From Lytechinus pictus (Eukaryota), in assembly GCF_037042905.1 (NCBI RefSeq), contig NC_087250.1, positions 8,310,001 through 8,374,000 of the forward strand: DNA of 64,000 bases, in the 5' to 3' direction. The notes below the pieces were generated by a model that saw nothing but the letters and a program-made list of their open reading frames with translations, made no database searches and was not told the origin of the DNA. The first letter of the stretch is position 1. Every line of letters begins with the position of its first letter. Positions 11,394 to 25,591 of this stretch are shown here, in pieces. The position numbers and the translations under genes were made by a program.

Positions 11394-12161
11394 GTATATT
11401 ACTTTCACTCCCCAAACGCCTCCAGGCTTCAACACCGTCGTAAGTCTAACTTCTTGACTAAATCAAAGATAGTAAGCTACTTGTCCGCTAACCATTTCAA
11501 GAAAGGCAAGATCGGGGGCGCTAATGCAGTTTCGCACCCGCCGATTACAGTGCTAGCATACCTCATCACTAATAGGCTAGCAATACTTTGTCCCAAATCA
11601 TGTCTTGTCATGACTAGCCTGGAGGTGTCTGGGAGTAAAATTATTTCTACTACATGTATATGTAGGCTTACTCCCCATGATGCCTGGCAAGGCATTGGGC
11701 CACACGAAGGAGAGTTTTTTGAGAAAACAATGTTGCTCCAAAATATTTGATTTATTTAACTTGCTTATCACTCAATATTGTAAATGGAAAAGAAGTTCAT
11801 TTCCCCCATTAGGCACTTATAAAGTTTTTTACACGAAAAATAATACAAATATTAAGAAAAATCATGTGAGAAGATGAGCAGATACTCACCGATGATCTTG
11901 TCGCCATATTTCCTTCTTTGTTCGTAGCCTAGTTAAAAGACGTGTATAAGAGAGGGCGACGATATCATGAGCAGTGCCAATTAAAAAAAAAAAAATTCAG
12001 CCGATGATAATCGTGAATTATAAAATACTTGCATTAGCCAATAAATATTTATGTGCTAAGCCTACGTATAGTAGAAATAATTTTACTCCCCAGATGCCTC
12101 CAGGCTAGTCATGACAAGTCTCTCAGTCACATTTCGTCGTCAATATACCCACTGCTTTTCC

Positions 12162-12621
12162 GGCGCTAATGCAGTTTCGCATCTGCCGATTACCAGCATA
12201 CCTCATCACCAATACTTGTTCCCAGATGTCATGACAAGTCTCTTGGTTCACATTTCGATATCAATATACCCACTGCTTTCCCAAATATTGTAAGGGGTAA
12301 CGGCTGTATTTTGACTGCGATCTCGAAGACATCGAATCCTCAGTCAAACACCGCTTTGCTCACATTATTTGGTTGCTAAATTCAGTCCATATTCACATTA
12401 CAGTGATGGCAAATCCAAGCGATCTGCGAAGCGATGTCTACGGATTAGATCAACGAGGTCAAGATCGAAGCCGAAATACAGCCGTTCCCGATCAGGATAT
12501 TTTGAAAAGGAGTAGGTATATTGACATCGAAATATGACTGCGAGACTTGTCATGACATTTGGAACAGATATTGGTGATGAGGTATGCTGGTAATCGGCCG
12601 GTGCGAAACTGCATTAGCGCC
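12162..12621. mobile_element. Palindromic MITE with GGCGCTAATGCAG termini
   Basis: Long inverted arms; another left-end copy at 11517. No TSD found, so superfamily is unassigned. Confidence 0.65.
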
Positions 12622-15608
12622 AGATTTTGGACAACAACCTAACTAAATAGTAAATATTTATGACACCTCCAAACCTTCAACCTGTCAACTTCTTTCTTAA
12701 TGATAGACGGTAGTGGCATCACATGGAAAGCCAAGAGAGCACCGATGGGTGTATTACGTGCCGCTGTGTACAATGTCAACAGTTGCATGGCAATCCCTAC
12801 CTGGAGCAAAGTTTGTGCAGGCTCCACTCCACTTAACTACGGCTACACAACACTACGCTCCACCTACTCGAACTTCGAGACCATGAACTCGATCTGATAT
12901 TCTGAGTGACAGATGTGGGATTTTATGGGGGTGGGGAATATAAAATTCATGCAACATCTTGATTTTTAAAAAGAATTAAAACTAATATTCTTACTTTACA
13001 CAAAGTTTCATTTAGTTCCATGCTTTTATCAGTCTCAAAATTGGTGATTTAGAGCCAACATGAAGTTCCTCACACATATTTATAATTCGCTGCCGATTTC
13101 AAAACATTGCATGCGGATGCAATATGCGCGATATACCGGGTCTGGTCTGACCTGACCGACCTCACGCGCATGCGATGTATTGAATATTGATACGTGTGAG
13201 AAACTTCATGTTGGCTCTAAATCATCAATTTTGAGACGGATAGAGGCATGGGGAAGAAGTGAAACTTTGTGTGCAGGAAGAATATTAGTTTTAATTTTTT
13301 TAAAGAGCGTGATGTTGCATGAATTTTATATCCCCCCCATAAAATACCACTTTTTGTCACTCGGAATATCAGATCCAGTTCACGGTCTCAAAGTTTGGGT
13401 AGGTGGAGCGTAGTGTAGCAATAGTGAAGTGGAGTGGAGCCTGCACGAACTTCACTCGAGGTATAGTCCAGTAGATATGTGAAAAAGATGCTCGAATCTG
13501 GCAGAAAGTGTGAAATTTGGCATACTGGCGTATTTTTGGGCGCTGATTTCAAAAATTGCCGGCCCCAAGCGATTTGACCATCGGATCGGCCGCCATTTTG
13601 AAATCCAAGATGGCCGCCATGAAAAATCATTAAATGTCATTTTCTTGAGTTTTTCATGTCATGTGACACTGAAATTTGGCATATATGGGTATTTTGAGGC
13701 TCTGATTTCAAATATTGCCGGTCCCCAGCAATTTGACCATTTGGCCGGCGGCAAAATGGCCGCCATCTTGAAATCCAAGATGGCCGCCATGATATATTAT
13801 TGCAATCATTTTCTCGAGTTTTATATGAACTGCGGTCTTGAAATTTGGCATATAGGCCTAATTTGGGGTGCTGATTTCAAAAATTGCCGGCCCCAAGCGA
13901 TTTGACCATCAGGTCGGACGCCATTTTGAAATCCAAAATGGCCACCATGAAAAATCATTAAATGTTATTTTCTTGAGTTTTTCATGTCACTTGACACTGA
14001 AATTTGGCATAAAGGGGTATTTTGAGGCACTTATTTCAAATATTGCCGGCCCCCAGCAATTTGACCATTTGGCCGGCGGCAAAATGGCCGCCATCTTGAA
14101 ATCCAAGATGGCCGCCATGATATATTATTGCAATCATTTTCTCGAGTTTTATATGAACTGCGGTATTGAAATTTGGCATATAGGCTTAATTTGGGGTGCT
14201 GATTTCAAATATTGCTGGCCCCAAGTGATATGACCATCGGGTCGGCCGCCATTTTGAAATCCAAGATGGCCGCCATAAGAAATCATTAATGTCATTTTCT
14301 TGAGTTTTACATGACGTGTGACACTGAAATTTGGTATATAGGGGTATTTTTAGGCACTGATTTCAAATATTGCCTGCCTCCAGTAATTTGACAATTTGGA
14401 CGGCGGAAAAATGGCCGCCATTTTGAATTCCAAGATGGCCGCCATGAAAAGTCATTAAATGTCATTTCCTTGGGTTTTACATGATATGTGACTCTGAAAT
14501 TTGGCATATAGGGGTATTTTGAGGCACTGATGTCAAATTTTGCCGGCCCCCAGCAATTTGACCTCCAGGTCAGCAGCAAAACGGCCGCCATCTTAAAATC
14601 CAAGATGGCCGCCATGAAAGATAATTTGCTCAAGGCTTACGTATGGCCTGCAGCACCTTAAATTTAGAGAAAACTTGATCTTTGCATCCTTGATCAATGA
14701 AAAGAACATAATAAATAGATGCTATTTTGAATTCCAATATGGTTACCAAGTTTAAATGATGTACAACATTATAATGGTGAGTAAAACCCATTGTATAGGC
14801 ACTGAAAACAAATCCAACACAACCACATCTTTGTCCGTTGCAACAATAATTTGGCACCCTTAATTGCTGATATAGATGTTACGTAAGTATGAAGCACCAT
14901 ACATAAACAAACCAGCTAGCTTCTTCTGCAGTTACACATTTGAAGTGGCTTTGGTTGAATAATAACCAACCGGAACAATCATTTTCTGTTGACAGGCTGT
15001 AAATTATTTCTTCATATGATCTGCAGTATTGCACTTTGATATATCGACGGAGTGTGGGGTGCTTATTTCAAATATTGCTGGCCCTCGATCTGATCCCGAG
15101 TCATAAGCAAATGTCAGCCATCTTGAAATCCAAGATGGCTGCCATGAAAAAGATCATTGAAAAAAAAATCACTTTATCTAGTATCACATAACGTATTATT
15201 TTAAAGTATGGCATCTAGGGATATTGAAAATGCCCCCAGTAATCTGTCCAATAGATATGCTGCAAAATGGCCACCATCTTGAAATCTAAAGAGGATCGAC
15301 TGTAATGAAAACTAATCAAAATCATTTTCTTGGTTTTAAATAATTTGAGGCACTGCATTTTAGACATACAGGCAGGTTTTTGGCCTGCTGGTTTTAGAAT
15401 ATTGCTCCAATAATTGCAATATTTTATTACAAATCAACATGAAGGAAACTGCTCCAGACGTACTGATGGTTATAGTAGTATGATGATGATGGTGATGAAA
15501 TTAATATTAATGACGGATGATAATACACATTTTATTGTTCAAAATGAAATTCAGTAACACTCGGCAGCAACTTAGCAGCGCCACATCGGACGTTGCTGTA
15601 TCCCTTAA

Positions 15609-16069
15609 AAAGGGGAGTTCACCCTGGAGAAAAGTTTGTTGTAAAAACAAAAGAAAATATGATATAAAAAAGATATTGGTGGATCCATCAAAGATATTGA
15701 AATTCTAAGTTTTTGATTTGTGACGTCATATAGGCTACTGTACGAGCAGCATATTGTGTGATATAAAATGCATGGTTCATCATGGGTATTTTTTTTTTCT
15801 TTCTGGAGTGGGTGTGAAATCATTTGTTTGTTGATATACTGAGGGTTCAATAAAAAACATTTTCATTTTATTTGAGGAGGCTACATTTCATTGATTTTGT
15901 AGTATAAGAAACATGGGGGAACTGCTTGCATCTGACGTCACAAATACACCAAATGAAATTCCAATAGTTTTTAAAATATCTGATGAAATTTCCTCAAACC
16001 TTCAATATTTTTTTGATTATATATTCTGTTATTGTTTCAATAAACTTTTTGTCAGGTTGAACTTTCCTT
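15609..16069. mobile_element. Kolobok-like MITE
   Basis: TTAA flanks; termini AGGGGAGTTCACCCTG / CAGGTTGAACTTTCCT. Ends approximate. Confidence 0.65.
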
Positions 16070-16470
16070 TTAATTCGTTGACCGACAAACAGGTTAGAAG
16101 CAACTCCCCTCTTTTAACATCTTTTGGTCTGATGCTGTCGGAGCTTGAACTCCCGATTGTGAGGCGAACATGCTCCCATTGTCAGATTGTCGAACACACG
16201 ATGGATATCCAAAAAATGTCAAATTTCAAAATAATAACTACGTTATAATTATGATACTTGATTTATTTTAATGATTTTTTTCTATGGCAGCCATCTTGGA
16301 TTTCAAGATGGCTGCCATAAATTGGATGAACATGACTGAATTCGAGAGAAGTCTATGGAGATCACAGGGCACTCCCAGTTGTGGGCGATGCCATCAAACT
16401 TAACACACGTGTAGAAAGCAACTCGGACGCCAAAAGAAAGCTTATTTTCTTCTCTTTTGACTGATGATAC

Positions 16471-17109
16471 CAGAGGCGTCAATCCTGGGGGGCAGGGGGG
16501 GGGGGCGATCGCCCAACCAATGAAGATATTGGGGGGGCAAACATATCGTTTTGCCCCCCAATAATTCCGCATGTGCAAAAAATAAAATAAGATTTTAATT
16601 TTACACAGAAATCAGCAAGCGAGATTAAAATACACAACTCGTTCTTTATTTAAAATCATGCTCAAAATGTCCGCTTTTCAGATTGGAATATAAAAATTTT
16701 CAGCTCGCGCTTCGCGCTTGCATCATTTCTGTAGAAGAAACCCATACTTTTCATGATTAATAGGTGAATAGAATGTCCCGTTTTCAGTTCTAAACCTCAA
16801 AATAACTCGCGCTTCCATTTGCAATAATCTTTTGTTGGATAGATCTTGTTCTTTATTAAAAACGTCTATTAAACTCAATTTTTTTCTGATCGAAATATCT
16901 AGATTTTCAGCTCGCGCTTCGCGCTCGCATTCATTTGTTGGCGAGGTATGTGTCTCTATCTTATGAGTCTATATTATATATTTATATATATAGGCATATA
17001 TGTGTGTGTGTGTGTGAGTTTGTTTGTTTTGTGTGATCGAGTGCCTTTGGAAAGTTGATTTTATGATTTTACCCCCCCCCCCAATCTGAAAAATGGATCG
17101 ACGCCCCTG
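16471..17109. mobile_element. hAT-type MITE
   Basis: TIRs CAGAGGCGTCAATCC / GGATCGACGCCCCTG; 8-bp TSD GATGATAC. Confidence 0.88.
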
Positions 17110-20100
17110 GATGATACATATATTTTGATTATTGAAAACACTTGGTTATTTACCATCTAATCAAAAGACACATTTTATTTCACCCAAGACCACAATAATA
17201 TATGCACGTGCATAAGCCCGTTTTATACAGTATTCAATGGGGCTTCCACAATGTGCCCGTACCGCACGTTCCAGGTACGAATTTTGTGTTTCATTTTTAG
17301 CCATCGAACTTATGACGATATACATTGTTTAGCTCAAAATTTTACATTTTCTTGTCGTAAAATTATGAATTCCTCGATATATAATTTGCAAGAGAAGTTC
17401 AGTTGTTGAAATATCATATCGTATGCGATATAGCTCCAATCGTTTTGCCTGTAAAACGGGAAATCTATGCAGTTTCAGACTCGTAGCAAGAAGGATTGGC
17501 GATAGTACCATGACAAATCTGTGTGGTGGAATAGTGTATTCCATGAAGGGTGAAATCAAGCTCATACAACAACGGTCACCCTTCGCACCCATTGTTCACC
17601 CGACATGTATATCTACCATGCACCCCTATTGATCTCAATCGACGTGTCTTTATGTATTGGTTATACGCTTAAGTGCACTCGAAAGTTTGCAGTGAAAGGG
17701 AGAAGAAATTTGGGGTCTTATTTTTCGATATACATGGTGGCCATCTTGGATTTCAAAATGGCGGCCGACCTGATGGTCCAATCACTTGGGGCCAGCAATA
17801 TTTTGAATCAGCACCCCGAATTAAGCCTATATGCCAAATTTCAATACCACAGTCCAGATAAAACTCGAAAAATTATTGCAATAATATATCATGGCGGCCA
17901 TCTTGGATTTCAAGATGGTGGCCATTTTGCCTCTGACCAAATGGTCAAATTGCTGGGGGCCGGCAATATTTGAAATCAGCGCCTCAAAATACCCAAACTG
18001 TGCCAAATTTTAGTGTCACATGTCATGTAAAACTCAAGAAAATTACATTAATGATTTCTTATGGCGGCCATTTTGGATTCGAAAATGGCGGCCGACCCGA
18101 TGGTCAAATCACTTGGGACCGGCAATATTTGAAATCAGCGCCCCGAATTAAGCCTTTATGCCAAATTTCAAGACCGCAGTTCATATAAAACTTGAGAAAA
18201 TGATTGCAATAATATATCATGGCGGCCATCTTGGATTTCTAGATGGCGGCCATTTTGCCGCCGGACAAATGGTCAAATTGCTGGGGGCCGGCAATATTTG
18301 AAATCAGTGCCTCAAAATGCCCATATATGCCAAATTTCAGTGTCACATGCCATGTAAAACTCAAGAAAATGACATTTAATGATTTTTCATGGCGGCCATC
18401 TTGGATTTCAAAATGGCGGCCGATCCGATGGTCAAATCACTTGGGGCCGGCAATTTTTGAAATCAGCACCCCAAATTAGGCCTACATGCCAAATTTCAAG
18501 ACCGCAGTTCATATAAAACTCGAGAAAATGATTGCAATAATATATCATGGCGGCCATCTTGGATTTCAAGATGGCGGCCATTTTGCCGCCGGCCAAATGG
18601 TCAAATTGCTGGGGACCGGCAATATTTGAAATCAGTGCCTCAAAATACCCATATATGCCTAATTTCAGTGTCACATGCCATGTAAAACTCAAGAAAATGA
18701 CATTTAATGATTTATCATGGCGGCCATCTTGGATTTCAAAATGGCGGCCAACCGGATGGTCAAATCGCTTGGGGCCGGCAATTTTTGAAATCAGCGCCCA
18801 AAAATACCCCTGTATGCCAAATTTCACACTTTCTGCCAGATCCGAGCATCTTGGCCATTTTTTGTCACATAACCGCTCCACTAGTAGGCAATCCCACAAA
18901 TTTAAAAGAGGTTTCTATAAAATCAAGTCCGGCCTTCTATGAACATGACAAACTTACGAAAAGATGTGAAGTCAATTCACCCTAAATATCATCAATATCC
19001 CTCAAATAGCTTCATTTAACTCTTACTATGTCATGCCCAATACCCCTCTAGTGCCAGGGATATTCGAGGGAATCCTAAATTGACCGAAACGTAAGCAGAG
19101 ACCGATTTTAAAACGGTCATATCTCTTTACCCGTACGTTGTATAATGAAACCTTCTACATATGAAATGATGCATGGTTCATGAACTTTATGATCATGTTA
19201 TGACCTTTCATATTTGCAATCGGAAAAATTGAGAAAAGATGAAATATTTTACATCGTTTTTTTTCAATAAGTAAAACATAGAAAATTATGATTTCATGAA
19301 CATTTCAAAGAGTAAATAACCTCGGTAATTATAGAGATACCAACAAATTAAGAGGATAAAATGAAAGTTCAATGTTTACCCTTTCAAATGACGTATCTAT
19401 TGATGAAATTGAACAAACAGAAATATGAAAAATAATGCTCTTTTTAATGAAATACTATTTTGCTATTCAAGTTATTTCCTCTGAAATGTGAGAGGGTTTA
19501 TACACACGAAATTGAAACCGACCTTTCCAAAAAAAGGGCATTGTCGTCGATCAAGTGACCAATCACAGCACAGCTGCGATCCCCACGCAAACACACACAA
19601 TAATATATTGGAGCCATGTATCTTCACAGTGCAGCCAACCGTACCCTTACATTCGTGTAGTCTTCAAAACAAGACCCTGTAATTTTTCAGAATGCGCGGT
19701 ATTCCGAAACTACCGCTATTGGGGAAACAAAATTATTAGCGCAGTGTAAATTTTATGTCATTTCAATTCTTGTCAATATTGTCGTAATGCAAAACATGTT
19801 TTAGAAAAATCGTAACCTGGATACGAGTTGTGGTGTGCGATGCACTCAACTATATACTGTTTTGGATAATGTAGGCGATTTCTATCCAGTGTCGGCAACA
19901 AACATTTGCGACCCACTCAACTATCGTTCTAAAGCATGAATCAGTGAAAAGTTTGGCCATATTTTGTCAGGGTCGATTCGTCGTACATACTATACGGGCT
20001 TTCGACTGTAACAAAGTTATTGCCAGTCAGAAGGAAACAAAATATAGAAAACTAAAGATGATATATTGAAATATAGATAAAGAGGGATCGGACAGATTCA

Positions 20101-21639
20101 ATACTAACAGGTTTGGGGTGTAAAATCCCACAAAATAATATGGGCGTTTTTGGCAAAGTATTAAAATATTATGAACGTTGATATTTGTGAACACTCATTT
20201 TTAAACTGTCAAAAAATGTTAATGTTGAGCCGTTTTGAAGTAAGAGACCCCCCCCCCCCCCCGCGGCTTCCAGGGTAACCAAAATTAAGATAAACATAAT
20301 GAATAATTACGCAATTAGAATTTTGTGATTACAGTCATTATAATACTGGTATTCTGACAATTTAAAGACTGTAATCTGGGCCAACTATGCATCTCGTACA
20401 TGCCAAGGAATGGACAATACATGCCGGATATTCTTTTTCGTGTGGATAATATAATGCAATATGAATATGAAAATATAATGGAAATTTTAGACAAAAAAAG
20501 GGCCCCATTGCATATTATGTCTTTGAATAATTGATTATTTTCAAACTATAGGCTTCATTCATTCCGCAAGCGAGCAAAGTAGCCACCTGTCTGATAGCGA
20601 CTGCATTTTTATTGTTCATTCCACCAAGTCATGAACAATAGATCCCCAGACTCTCTTTCATGAGGAATGTCTAATCCGCACCCCCTCCTGACCTATTATC
20701 GAGGAGAGCAATTTAGCACAGGATGTTCATAGAAATCGTGCCACGCGCGCGTCTTTTGATTTGACAATTGAATACTTTCAAAGGTTCCGATACGCACAAT
20801 AGCTTTTCTCTCCGTTGAGATCAAGATTAAGATTCCTCTGTCTCTTTCCCCAACACTGTTTCGACTTTAAGACATTTAGCATCGACAATATGCGTCAAAT
20901 TTCCTGTAATCTAAATGATGATGATGATGATGATGATAGTGATGATGGTAAAGATGGCATGGATAATGTCGAGAATGAAATCACGGGGAAACAGCACACC
21001 TCCACCACCACGACCACCAGCACAAACACTGGCATTGTTACTTCCACTTATCAAAAGCATAAAGAAAAACAAATAGTTTAAAATAATTTAATTAACTTGT
21101 AGCTGAAGCCTATTTTGCAAATTTAGAAATAAAGGATAAAGATAAGATTTAAGATTGAAGAAATGTATAGGCTATATAATCCTTGACAAATCAAAAATAC
21201 AGGAAATTGAAAGATAAAAGAGGGAACATAAATAACGAAGCAATGGGGTGTGAAGGTAAAAATTACTAACAATTTGTAGAAATTTAGATCTTTATAAATT
21301 GTTGAACCTTACGATTGTTTATTCAAATAATATGTTTGTAATTGATCATCTATCAGAAAAGTAAGATATTGCTTTCGACAATATCAGAAATTATATTTTC
21401 TACACCTCTTTATTTGTGATATTTATAATTACCCCGTCATTAAAATATCAATCTAGTAAGGATTATTTTTACTTCCCCTTCCCTGAAATAATAAATTAAA
21501 TGGACATTATTTGCTGTTCAAATGATATATAAGTGACACCACTAAATTTCTTTATACCGTGCATTGTCAATATTCATGCAGTAGGACTTATGCACAATCA
21601 ACATACTCGATATGTTAGTACAATTTACATTTCCAATTA

Positions 21640-22730
21640 TTAAATTTGCTTGATATATATTTTTTTTTCCATTTAGTAGTAATCCAGTTTATGCTTCCAG
21701 ATTTGCCATATGAGCTCAGCGTGTAGGGGAATATACCCATTATCTTTTTGCTGGCAAAAAGGGAGAAACAAAAGAAAGCGGAACATCGGAAGAAATTATG
21801 CATTGATTGATATAAATTATTTCTCGCTAATAAAACAAATGAGGAAGAATAAAAAAAGCATTACGGAAAATGCATGACATTCACAGAATTCACATAATTG
21901 ACATTCACAGAATTATGAAAAGTGAAAAGATCATGAAAAGTGCGTTTACTCGCTTGATTCGCTCACTCCCATTTTCTCTTGTTTTTCTTCCTTACACACA
22001 TCATACTTTTTATTTCGCCCTTGCCACATTGACATCATATATTTTGTTGAATATCAAAATAATATTTAGGTTTCTTTCCGTAACTGATGCAAATTTGATG
22101 CTTATTTTTTCCACCAAAATTGGTACGTAATTTGGTGTTGTTATCAAATTTTCTTGATCCATTTTTTTTTTCATTTAGTAGTATATGATATCAGATTTGA
22201 CATATGAGCTCAGCGTGTAGGGGAATTTACCCATCATCGTTTTGCTGGCAAAAAGGGAGAAACAAAAGAAAGCGGAACATCGGAAGAAATTATGCATTGA
22301 TTGATATAAATTATTTCTCGCTAATAAAACAAATGAGGAAGAATAAAAAAAGCATTACGGAAAATGCATGACATTCACAGAATTATGTAAATAAAAGATC
22401 ATGAAAAGTGCGTTTACTCGCTTGATTCGCTCACTCCCATTTTCTCTTTTTTTCTTCGTTACACACATCATACTTTTTATTTCGCCCTTGCCACATTGAC
22501 ATCATATATTTTGTTGATGATCAAAATAATATTTAGGTTTCTTCCGTAACCGATGCAAATTTGATGCTTATTTTTTCCACCAAACTTGGTACATTATTTG
22601 GTGTTGTTATCAAATTTGCTTGTCTGATTCATTTTTTTCATTTAGTAGTATAATGATATCACATTTGACATAAGAGCTCAGCGTGTAGGGGAATTTACCC
22701 ATCATCTTTTTGCTGGCATAAAGGGAGTAT
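21640..22730. repeat. Tandem repeat with ~470-490-bp unit, ~2.2 copies
   Basis: GAGCTCAGCGTGTAGGGGAAT recurs near 21712, 22206 and 22675 with shared downstream sequence. Confidence 0.85.
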
Positions 22731-23579
22731 AAAGTGAATATGGTTATAATGAGCCATTTATGAATTCCATAATTCCAACGTATATGTGCCGAAGGGAGGT
22801 CCTATTCTCAAAAATTAAGTATGTCACAATTAAATCTATCAAAACGGTCATCATGACTTGGGGAAAAGCGAAGATTTTACAAAATAACACGACTTTTTCC
22901 TCGTAAATTTCTTAACTATTCTGTTGATTTGAGAAACAATACCTTTGTTTCTAGAAAGAAAAAAATGTCTGCTCTTTCATATTTACATTTACTAAAAATC
23001 CTGAAAATACTTTAGTTTGGCGCAATTAGCAATTGATTCGGAAAACACCGCCACAGATCCAAATACCAGCAATGTACCAAAACGGCTCCGCCGCAGGGAG
23101 AGGTATCGGGATTCGCGGGCCCGCACGCAAAGGGTTAATTATCACTCTCTTTTTTCTTCGTCCTATTTTATTCGAGGAGAAAATTGAACAATTAATATTT
23201 TTGTGAGAAGTTTGAATATGATATTAATAAGCGTAACAATATCAATAATTCTTTTTTATAATGGTATGGGCTATAAAAACACAAACGAATATGAACCATT
23301 ATTTACCTGATCTTAAGTTTATGAAGAGAGAGTTTGGCTGCAGGAGAAATGCAATTGATATGATTACAATCATTTTATGACATAATATATAATTATAATA
23401 TTTATGACTGTTTTCACAAAATATTACTAAACTTTGAAATTCAATAACTTTGTTATTTGTTATCCGATTTTGATGAAAATTTCGGTATTTTGCTCAGTGA
23501 ATTCTGCTTTGTATATAAAACTATAAATACTTTCAGCCGGGACCATCCCTTTTATACTAAAAAGAAGGTGAAAGAGAAG

Positions 23580-23660
23580 AATAATGATAATAATAATTAT
23601 AATAACAATAACAATAACAATAATGATAATAATAATTATAATAATAATAATAATAATAAT
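23580..23660. repeat. Imperfect (AAT)n microsatellite
   Basis: Seen directly in the sequence. Confidence 0.9.
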
Positions 23661-24099
23661 GGTTATTTATACACAAAAAGTATCACAGCGCTTACAATCA
23701 GAAATAAAATATAAATATAAATGTTACGTAACAAACATGTAGAATTATACACATTAAATTGCATCAATCATTGGTGTTCTCAACTAATACTAATAATGAT
23801 AATATTAATAACAATAATAAATGAATAAATAAATAATGAGTGTGATGATTGCAGTGCGCAGACGAGAGTTGGAAATGACAGGCTTCTTTACTAATATATT
23901 TATAACGAGAACAATTTTGTGACAATGCTAAAAACAATGTATAAGACCTTTCCCCCGCCCCCCCCCAAAAAAAATCCCCAAACCGTGCACATTTGCAGGC
24001 AGAAAAAAGCCTTGACACAAGAATACTACCATACAGGCCTGCAAAAGACCTGATCGATAGCTCATGAATATTCATGTAACAATAGCGAATGGGCGAGTA

Positions 24100-25591
24100 C
24101 CCAGGACCAAAATCCAGTTAAAACCAATTAGGGCAAAACCAATTGAAACCAGTTGGCCAACTGGTTTCAATAGGGAAATTGGAACAACTGGTTCCAATTG
24201 AAAACCAGTTGCCAATTGGTTCCAGTTAAAACCAATTGGGCAACTGGAACCAGTTGGCAATTGGTGTCAATTGGTTCCAGTTGTTCCAATTTCCCTATTA
24301 AAACCAATTGAATCCAATTGGAGGCAACTGGTTTCAATTGGTTCCAGTTGAAACCAATTGGAGGCAACTGGTTTCAACTGGAACCAGTTGAAACCAATTG
24401 GTTTCCAACTGGATCCAATTGGAACTAATTGGAATGAATAATTAGTTACAAATTAATTAGCATTTGCACTAACTATTGCTCATATGCCAACACAGAAGCA
24501 GTATTATATGTCTATTAATACCAATGTAAAGGGCATTGATAAAATACAGACTTTCATATGTATTTATTGTATGGAAGATCTTCAAATATATGTATTTTTA
24601 TTTGATGTAATTTGGTAACAGTTAGTGGTGTACTAATTATCCTTTAATCTGTTTTAATCATAATCTATAACATTTATGAACATGGTTTTCACTGCTAAGT
24701 ATTCTAAATACTTATCTTTAAAAAGTGTGGCACTTGAAATTGAAAAGAATTAAATAGATACATTGTTAATGATGATGAATCTCATAAAACATTAATCTGT
24801 GCACACTGGCAGATAATATGCAAATTAACTGGTTTCAATTGGATCCAGTTGGGTAACTGGAAAATTTCCAATTGGAAACCAATTGGAAATCATTTCCAGT
24901 TACCCAACTGGTTCCAGTTTTATTTCCAGTTACCCAACTGGTTCCAATTAGAATTCATTTCCAGTTACCCATCTTCCCAGTTAGAAGTCATCTCCAGTTA
25001 CCCAATTGGTACCAGTTAGGATTTCCAGTTACCCAACTGGTTCCAGTTAGAAATCATTTCCAGTTGGAAGTAATTTCCAGTTACCCAACTGGTTCCAGTT
25101 AGGATTTCCAGTTGCCCAACTGGTTCCAATTGGGATTTCCAGTTACTCAACTGGTTCCAGTTAGAAATAATTTCCAATTGGAAGTCATTTCCAGTTACCC
25201 AACTGGTTCCAGTTAGGATTTCCAGTTACCCAACTGGTTCCAGTTAGAAATCATTTCCAGTTGGAAGTCATTTCCAGTTACCCAACTGGTTCCAGTTAGG
25301 ATTTCCAGTTGCCCAACTGGTTCCAGTTAGGATTTCCAGTTGCCCAACTGGTTCCAGTTGGGATTTCCAGTTACTCAACTGGTTCCAGTTAGAAATCATT
25401 TCCAATTGGAAGTCATTTCCAGTTACCCAACTGGTTCCAGTTAGGATTTCCAGTTGCCCAACTGGTTTCAATTGGTTTCAACTGGAAATTGTAAATTCCA
25501 GTTAAAACCAATTGAAACCAGTTAAAACCAATTGAAACCAATTAAAACCAGTTGGAAATCCAACTGGTTTCAATTGGATTTTGGTCCTGGG
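24100..25591. mobile_element. CMC/EnSpm-like non-autonomous element with CCAGTT/AACTGG subterminal arrays
   Basis: 17-bp TIR CCCAGGACCAAAATCCA, 2-bp TSD TA, dense short subterminal repeats at both ends. Confidence 0.8.

Larger units (their letters stand above)
13464..18883. mobile_element. Academ-like non-autonomous DNA transposon with long inverted tandem arrays
   Basis: TAG...CTA termini, 3-bp TSD GTA (13461-13463, 18884-18886), and ~1.1-kb inverted arms built from ~110-120-bp ATGGCCGCCAT-containing units. Confidence 0.8.
12798..18886. mobile_element. Foldback / Mutator-like MITE (~670 bp), interrupted near its right end by the Academ-like element
   Basis: 12798-13463 is a near-complete palindrome with ~330-bp arms. 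The flanks GGCAATCCC (12789-12797, 18887-18895) form a 9-bp TSD. Confidence 0.75.

Noticed and set aside
13510..18985. Many 60-155-aa ORFs with MAAILDFKMAA-type repeats
   Set aside because: Translations of the Academ-like tandem arrays on both strands, with no domain motifs.
24100..25591. CRISPR-like or telomere-like appearance of the short repeat arrays here and at 39444-40292
   Set aside because: No constant repeat with unique spacers, no cas genes, eukaryotic context. The arrays sit subterminally in transposon-like elements.
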